Program-made: the position numbers and the translations under genes | From: a virus | Lineage: Duplodnaviria; Caudoviricetes | Length of the DNA: 64,000 nucleotides | IMG/VR virus record: IMGVR_UViG_3300005077_000001 | Span: 128,001-192,000 of that record | Direction: 5' to 3' (one strand) | Part shown: one piece after another, positions 1 through 9,000 of the stretch | Layout: each line of letters begins with the position of its first letter | Numbering within the stretch: position 1 is the stretch's first letter | Notes under the pieces: generated by a model | Told to the model about the DNA's origin: nothing | The model's input: only the letters and a program-made list of their open reading frames with translations | Database searches by the model: none

Positions 1-2
1 AA

Positions 3-3000
3 TTTGAACAACTAGCTCGTCAATTGTATGTGTTAAAAGAGACAAATTGGGGATTAGACTATATTTCTTATCAAGTAGGAATGGGTAAATTTCCTGGTTC
101 ACTAGAACGAGCTAGAATGGATGAATCAACAGGTATGCTTCTACCTGGGTTAGGTACTCCAGGTATGAATTATACCCCAATAATGGAATCTAGAGCATCT
201 GGCTATGACGAGTTTGGAAATGTGAAATACGAAGACGTACCTCAACCAATGCAGCCGGGAAGCAGGTTATGGCAAGAAGCTATTTTACATCCTGGGAAAG
301 CATCCTACTATAATTGGCTTGCTAAGGAAGAACAAACTAAAGCATTACAAGATAGAGAAGATCAGAAATTAGAGCAACAAAAAGGTATAGCAAAGCAAGC
401 TCAGACATCCATTGTAGAAGCTCTTTATGAGCCATCTCTTCCTGAAGGATTTAGAGAAGTACTAAATAAACAGAGATCTAAATTAGAAGAAGATTTGAGA
501 AGAGCAAGTGAAATAGAAGAAGTTGGGCCTGATAATATTTTGAAAAGGAGAGGCTTTAAATCTTTAAATGATCTTAAGGGTTTATCAGATGCCATAAAAA
601 ATGCACTTAAAGCCGAAGATAGAAAATTAGAAGCTACTTATATATGGATGCCTATAGTAGATGCTATTAGAGATTTACATGGTGCACTAACAGGTGAAAG
701 ACCTGAAGGAAGCAAAGAAGAACAAAGAATGCGCGCATTCTACAATAATCCAGAACAATATTATTATTCAAAAGCAGCACAACTAAGCCAGCATTATATG
801 GGACAAGAAGGTACAAGTGTAATAGAAAATACTAATTTAACTAATACTTTATCCTCTATAGAAAGTAAACCTTACAGTATACCTGTTGGTCAATATGCGG
901 GTTATCAAAGCAAGTTAGGTTCAAGAGATACTAATGAGATATTAAAATCTATATTAGAGGTGTTAATAGGGTGTTGCAGAGAAGGTAAAGTTGGTTCTGG
1001 GAGATCATCAGGAACATCTGATACAGGAAAAGAAAGATCGCCTATAAGCCAAGATTCAGGCAGCGCATCTGGGAGTGCAGGTGTACAAACTTTTGACTAT
1101 GGTACTCCAGATTATCAAAAACTAGTTCCAGTAGGAAATACTGCCTATTCTGTTGGCTCATCCACCACTAAATCTTCTACTTCTGCCGGTTCTGGATCAG
1201 TTCAGTCTTGGGTAAAAAGTGATGGTACAGTTGTGGGAGTACCAAAAACCCAAGTAGATGCAATGTCCTATTTGAAACATAGAGGCTATCCTGATGAGAA
1301 ATTAGATGACATTGCTGAAAGATATAAACGTCCTTTACCTATAGGAGATTATTCTACCGATAGTGTTATGATGGCGGCATCTAGAGCTTATGCTAGTACT
1401 GGAAAGTACTTTAGGCCTAGTGAAGCCTATAATAGTGATTTTGATTGGAGAGTTAGACAAGAAGGTAGTCTTCTTGATATTGGAATATCTAGACTTAGCG
1501 ATAATAGGTTCCTATATTCTGATATTAAAGCTCAGATGGAATCTGGTAAAGGAGCTGGTTGGCTTGATTCAGAATCTAGATTAGCTCTAATATTAGCGCA
1601 TGCTCCTTCTCTTAACATAGGGGGCAGACAGACTGTAATAGGGGAGTCTAATCCTTTAAGTATGGCGTTTGTTAATCTCTCTAAAGCACGTATGGATCAA
1701 ACTGTTGCCCATGAATTATTTGGACATGGTATGGAGACTTTAGGTGCAGCTGAATTACGTGGGGAACAAGGTATTTCAATTGGGGCGACACCACGAGTTG
1801 AGTATCTATCGAAAGTATTAGAATTGATAAAATCTCAAGTAGGTGAAGCTCCATTTAGAACAATTACTAATCAACTAATTAAAGATCCTCAGTTATATCC
1901 TGATTTATTCAAAGGGCAAGGTAAAGAAATAGAAGATGCCTATGCTGCTTATGTGAATAGATATCCTCGTGGGAATGTTCCTACTTTAGAACTTCTAAAG
2001 ATGCAAGAGAAAGCAAATAAACTCCCTCTAGACTTATCTCCTAATTCTTCTAATTGGTCTCGTTTGACCGAATATATGGCAATGTTTGCTGAAGGAGAAA
2101 ATACTCCTTATGGAATACCTACTGAAACTTGGCTTCGTGTGGTACGTAATGTTTCGCCTAGACATTTCGAAGGAGTAGATAAGTTCCTATCTTCTAGATT
2201 TGCTAATGATAATCTATCTGATTCTGAATTAATGAAAGAATATAGAATTGCAATTAATAAAATTAAATCAGAAGTTTATACCCCTGCTCATTTAGTAGAA
2301 CAAAAAGAAGTCACACAACCAGTTGTTAGCCCAATTGATAAAACGTTAGCTTCAATTGGAAGAATTCCAGATTTAAATTGGAAAGTATTTTCTGATGAAT
2401 TTAAAGAACGAAATAAGATAGGAATGGGTGACAAACTAACCAAACTATTTAATAATGTAGGCGATAGTATTAAAAAAGTTGTGTTAGGAGATGATACAAA
2501 AGTAGCTTTACAGAAATTTCAAGGTGTTGTAGGAGCAGTAGAAGTTGAAGAAAATAAGTTTACAAACGATTTATCAAAAGCTTTAGAATTAAGATCTAAC
2601 GTTATTTCTCAAGTCCAAGAAAGTATAGGCTTAATAAAAAGCAAACGAACACCCTTAGTTAGTAGTCCCCTCATTAGAAAAGATTTGATTGGAGCAGGTC
2701 CAACTGGTGTTGAGTTACTAGAAAATGAAAGACAAACTGGAGAGTTAGTTTCCAACATTATAGCAAGCAATCTTTCTAAAGCCTATCAACTTCCTTTTAC
2801 GGATAGGACTAGAAAGCTATTATCTAATGAACAAATTGATATGGGGTATAAAAAAGATTTACTCAATCTTACTCCTACGCTACCTATGATAGAGGAAAAT
2901 CAAAAAGACGAATATAAAAATAAATTGTTTATTCCTATAATGAAATCTCCATACTCTGAATTAGCTAGAAAATTTTCCAATGAGGCACAAGCACACCCTG

Positions 3001-6000
3001 AAGTAACTTCAGAAGCCATACCATTAAGAAATGAAGTATTTTCTATCACAAAAGAAATGGCTGGTACTGGACCTACTGATGTTTCCTTGGATACAAATGA
3101 ACCTGTAGACTACACATCTCCAGCAGGAGTAATACCTTTTGTATCTACTCAAGGATATCAACGGACTTTACCATCCTCAAATCTTCCTTTTATGATGGGG
3201 CTATTTAGAGGAAGAACTAATGAGCCTTTTAAATTTGATGGAGGGTCATCTTTATTACCAGGTGTTGATAGACGTGTAATGTTACCAGAAATTAAGGATA
3301 AATATCCTTCAATGCTTAAAGCTTTTACTAATATGCAATCTCCTATATACCATTATAAGGGTATAGCTAAATGGAATGAAGGAAAACCATATATCAATAT
3401 ATATAATTCTGATAAGATATCGCTAGAAGAATTTTTAAAAAGGGCTAAACACGAGATAAACCATTTAGTATTATATAGATTATACACTTCTCTAAATAAA
3501 GAAGAAAGAGATTATTTAAAAACAGAATTGGAAACTACACCTTTCTCAAAAGATTTTCTTCCAGACATAGTTGATATGGTAATAAAAGGAGCTGGTGGAT
3601 TTAAAATAGGAAAAGAGTTATTAGCCATGTCCACTGAACGAGGATTAATGTCTGATAGTCCTATATTAAGAAGATTACAAGAAATCACATTATCGATTTA
3701 TAAAAAACATGAAGCAGAATTAAAAGATGTTCATAAGAAAACTATGTCTGGCTCTTCTTCTTTGTTTGATTTATCAACAGCAAAATATATATTAGAAGAT
3801 ATTAAATCAGATCCTTTAAAACAATCTTTGGGCGCAGGTGCCGAAGGTAAGATATATACAAGTCCTAAATACCAACATTTAGCTGTAAAGGAATATGCTC
3901 AACCAATATTTGGATATCAAGATTGGTTAGATCGTGGAAATGAAATAATGCAGAGATTGCACGGTACGTCTCTATTTCCAGAAACATCTTTAAATTATGA
4001 TGATAAAAAAGGCGTTTTTATAGAAATTATGGAACGGTTACATGGAGAAACTGTGCATAATTCTGTTGGTCAATCAGGTTTTAATAAGTATGAGGTACTA
4101 AAGGATTATAAACAAAAAATTTATGAAATGTTGAAACGTAAAGTATTTCCAGTAGATTCTCATCTTAATAATATATTTTTGGAAAGTTCATCTAAAAAAC
4201 AGAAATTTATAGACTTAGGATCTTTAGATTTAGGAGAAAATGTTGAATATATAAATGAAATTTTAAAAGACATAGGAGTTAATCAATATTCTAATTACTT
4301 AACTAATGATCACTCAGCTAAAATAGAGCAATCAAAAATAGCAATAGAAGCTTATGCTGGGCCTGTTGTTGATATTCAAAAAAAAATGACGGCTGGTAAT
4401 AAAAAGATTTTAAAAGAGATTTCGATTCCAAATTTGGAAAGATTAATTCCTCTTTTTAAGAATAAAACACTAAAAGACATGTTTCAAAATGCTTTAGATA
4501 CAGCTAAACAATATGCTGGGTCTCCTTCACTCTTAAAAGGTCCAAATGATTTTCCAACTTTCTTAAGCGGTCTACATCCAGGAATGGCCCCTGAACAAGC
4601 CATTGATGCAGCTATGGCGGCTAACAAACAATCTATTGAATACTTAGGTGGCCCAGAAAAAGCGGCGGGTTTCTTAGAAGGGTTTAAAACTCCATTATTA
4701 GAAGAAACACAAAAGAAAATAAGAGATATTATGAGAGGAGAATTTGGTGGTTCTTCCTCACTAACTAGTCATTTTATGAATAGTTTACGAAGGATGCCGC
4801 AGTCTTATGAGGCTGTTAAATCTCTTCATTCTGGGGTTAGAAACTTAGGTCTTCAAAACCAAGTTAATCTATTTGGTGGTGGAGTAAGAGATATTTTAAG
4901 AGGCGAAACACCAAATGATTATGATGTACAAGTTAGAAGCCAAGAAGCATTGGATCTATTAAGAAGTAAAATGCCTTGGGATCTTTATAAAGTCAATGAA
5001 GCTTTTGATGTTAAATCTTATATGCTTCCTACAAGGAGAGAGTTTTTATCTACATTAGTGAATGAGCTTATAAAGCATACTTTTTTAAGCAAAACAGTAG
5101 GAAGAGCACAAACAGCACATCAAGTAACACAAGATTTAAATACACTTTTAGGCAAAGATATTAAGAGAGAAGTTTTAGATAGATTTGGAGGTAGTTCTTC
5201 TTTATTTGATATGTCTCCTGATTTTAAAATAGATTTAAGTAAACCTATAATTGATATACCAAAGATTCCTAAGATACCTAGAATACCAAAAACAGGGTAC
5301 TATCCTAAAGGTAATTTAGATACCTATTATGATTCTATATTTGCAACTCCAGAAGAAAAACGAAGTATATCTTGGAATGAAAGATTCAATGTAGATTCAC
5401 TAGTTCAAGGACCATTTGAAAACCTATATGATGACATAATGCGTGATAAATATGCTCCTAGAACCCGTCCAAGTATAAATTTTAGAAATTTATTTAGTGC
5501 TCCTCAATTTAGAAATATATTTTCTAATTTAAAAGATAGTGGAAGTGTATTTTTTGGTGGTACTGGGAAAGCTCAAAGTACACAAGTGGAATTAAAAACA
5601 TCTAAAGATATAGAAAGATGGTTAAGACAATTCACTGAAGCTGAAGTAATGCAAGTTGCACAAGAAAGCCATAGATTAACTGGGGATTTAGCAGGTCGTC
5701 AAGCTCCTACACAAGAAACTGCAAGGGATTATATACTTAATATACTAAACGATATTGCTCAACGAGAAGGTGGTAAACTATTAGCTGGGACTGGAATAGC
5801 TAAGAAATTCTTACAAATTATTGCTCCTGATCTAACTCCTTCGTTATTTACTGGTCAAACTTCAGAAGGTAGTATCAGAAGAGGCCATAGCTTTGGAAGA
5901 CCTAGTGCCACTTTCGGAGGAGGTAGAGTTTCTATTACTGAAAGTGTTGCTGGAACAGGTGCGGAGAAACATGAATTTGGAGAAGCACTTTCTGATGTAG

Positions 6001-9000
6001 CTATCCAATTATTACATCAGCGTTTTGAAACCGGTACTACTTCAAAAGAGCAACTAGCTTATGAAGATTTAATGCCACTAATAGAGAAGTCTGCACCTAA
6101 AACTGCACAAGAAATAAAGGATCAAATGGAACGTAAACTGGCATATCCTACGGAAGGTGAAAAGTTTAGTGAAGTTTTAGCGGATATTATGGGGCAACAT
6201 CAAGAAAAGTTGGTAGGTAATCTAATATTAAAAAACAATATTACTCCTGAAGAATTCATGGATATACTAAAGCCTACTGGAAAAGAAAGTGGTTATGAGG
6301 AATTCATTACTAAAGAAGCTTGGCATAAAGTATTGCAAGAGCGTTATTATGAAACACCCAGAGGGGAGGGAGAAGGTGCTATGCCAGAACTCCCACGTGG
6401 GTATAAGTTAGAAAAAGGGGTTGGTAGATTAGGATATCGTACAGCAGGAGCGGCAGAAAGTTTACTCCATGTTCCAATGATTGGTAGCCCATTGTCTTTA
6501 GTAAGTGCTGCATCCAAACTAACAGAAGGAACTAGATTTAGTTCTCCTTTCCAAATAGCAGAAGAAGCAATGATGACTATGCGTGGTCCACTCGGTATGG
6601 CTGCTAGATTTCCTTTTGGTATGGCGGGTATCTTTGCTGGTTCTGCGTTAGGAAAAGGACAAGAACTAGGAGAGAAATTAAATATTAACCCTCTAACTGG
6701 CACTCTACTTGCTTCACCAGAAGAATTATTAAATTTTCAATTATTTAATCTTGGAAGCCAAGCTGAGTTCTTTGGAAAAACACCTTTATCTAAAATTGGA
6801 AAGCCTATTGGTCCTACTTGGATGCACGGATGGGGAGGAAATTTATCACCAGAATTACAGGTGAAAAGAGCAATAGCTGAAGCGGGAACACTTAGAGGAG
6901 GAGCAGCTTCCCTGCTTAAAACGGGTGGTAGCTTAGTAAAAGGTACTGTAGCAATGGAAGCTCTTAGTCCTGTTGGGGAATCTATTTTTGGTTATATTAA
7001 TGAAAGATACGGAAAAGAAATAGATGAGAAATTAAAAGGAATAATGGGGGAAGATACTTATAAAAATTTTGCTTTAACTACGAGTGGTATAGCTAGACAG
7101 TTTTCTTACATATTTAGTAAAGTAGGAGAAGCTGCAACTAGTGTTCCTGGGGGAGAGTTAGCTAGCTTCGCTATTAGCGGAATAAGAACCAACATGAGTC
7201 GTTTAATAAGTGACAGAATAGATACAAAAGCAATAAAATCCGCTAAAGAAAATATTAGAAGCTTAGAACAACAAATGCAAGATTTTCCTACATTTAAACC
7301 TTTCTATGAACAACAAATACAAGAAAAACAACTTAATATTGAAGCGTCTGGTCGATCTATGGGGGATAGGTTATTAGAAAGGATGATGGGGCAGAGGTTT
7401 GGAGAAGGAGCTACTAGCACAAGGGTTGAGGATATACAACAAAGAATTGACTGGATGAAAAAAGCTTTAGCAGGAGGAACATTAGAAACTAAACCATCTA
7501 TCCCATTTGATTTGGGTCCTCTAAACTTCATAAATGATTTACTACCAAAACCTGAATTAGATGATAAGCGTAAATGGGAAGAAGTAATACCTGAAGGTGC
7601 CCGCAAACAATTATTAGAGAGGGAAATAAAAAAATTAGAAGCTCAAATGCAAACTCCAACTGCTATTGGAAATTTACCTAATATTAATGATTTTATGTAC
7701 GAAAAAACAGAAAAAATTGTTAATATGAGAAAAGAAAGAATGGATTTAGAAGATGAATTAAATAAGCTTATTGGCGAAGATCCAATGGGCGGCCAAACGG
7801 GCCCAGCCAGAGCTGGTATTAGAAATAAAATAGCAGATTTAGACAAAAGAATAAATCAAGAAGTTCAAGTAACTGATAATTATTATAAATTAATAACTGA
7901 GGCACAAAAAGCACAAGTCTCTTCTACACAACCGCAGATTCTGGCTGAACCGGCACCTGCCCAATTAGAACCTGGTACTGAAGTTAAGCCACCAAAAGAA
8001 AAAGTAATGATGCCTGGTATTTTAGGAGATTTGATTAAACATAAATATGCACCACAAATTGTAGCATTAGTTGGTATGATTCCTAAACCAAAAGTTCCAG
8101 TTAAAACATTAGCTGATACTCCAAAAGAAGAGATAGAAAAAGCTTTAGAACTTGCTAAATCTGAACGAGGTAAAGCTTATAACGATTACTATAATTCCCA
8201 AGAGTATGAAAAAAATAAGGAATTGATGAATGATATCCTTAATTCTAAACCTGGGTCAAAAGAATGGCGTGAAGCGTCAGAGAGGTATAAACACTACACT
8301 ACTGAAACTACATCTCATCTAAATCTTAAAGAATCAAGAGTATTTGAATTAGAAAAAGAATTACAAAAAAGGGATGAAAAGGCAACTGAGGTAAGAAAAA
8401 GGTTAAAAGATAGAGAGAAAGCAATTAGTGATGAGAATAGTGAGATAGAGAAAAAGATAAGATTCATTTCTAAAGATAGTAGGGTTAGTGAATACCCACA
8501 AGCTGATTACTTTAAAAATAGAATTGATACAACAACAGAAGATATAGAAAAAAGAAGAGATAAGAACCGAGCATTGTTGGCTGAATATGCCTATAATTTA
8601 AATCAACCCGGATTTGAGGCAAACGCTACTAAAAGTGAAGATGTTCTAAATGAAAAAACTTGGAATCGTGAATACGGAACATATGAACCTGTGCGTATGC
8701 CTAAAGCTGTACCGTTTATTAAGCCATTTGATCCGTATGAAGCAGAACGTGCTCAGTTAAATATGTGGGGGTATACTCCTTCACAATTATATAAAAAGAC
8801 TCATCCTAAAGAACGAACTCCGTTGAGATTACCTGGAATGGGATTTGGAGTAGTGTTTACTGCTGGTGGAGCTAGAGAAGAAGGTTCTGGTGGAGCTTGG
8901 GATTTAGGCAGCTCTTTTATGTCTGATCAATCAGATTATAGAAATGCTGGTTTTGGATATCCAAAAAGAGAAATGGATGATAGAACAATAGGTGCTTTAA

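Noticed and set aside
5256-5291. (I-P-K/R)x4 micro-repeat
   Set aside because: Short proline-rich linker with divergent codons, with no evidence of a separate function.
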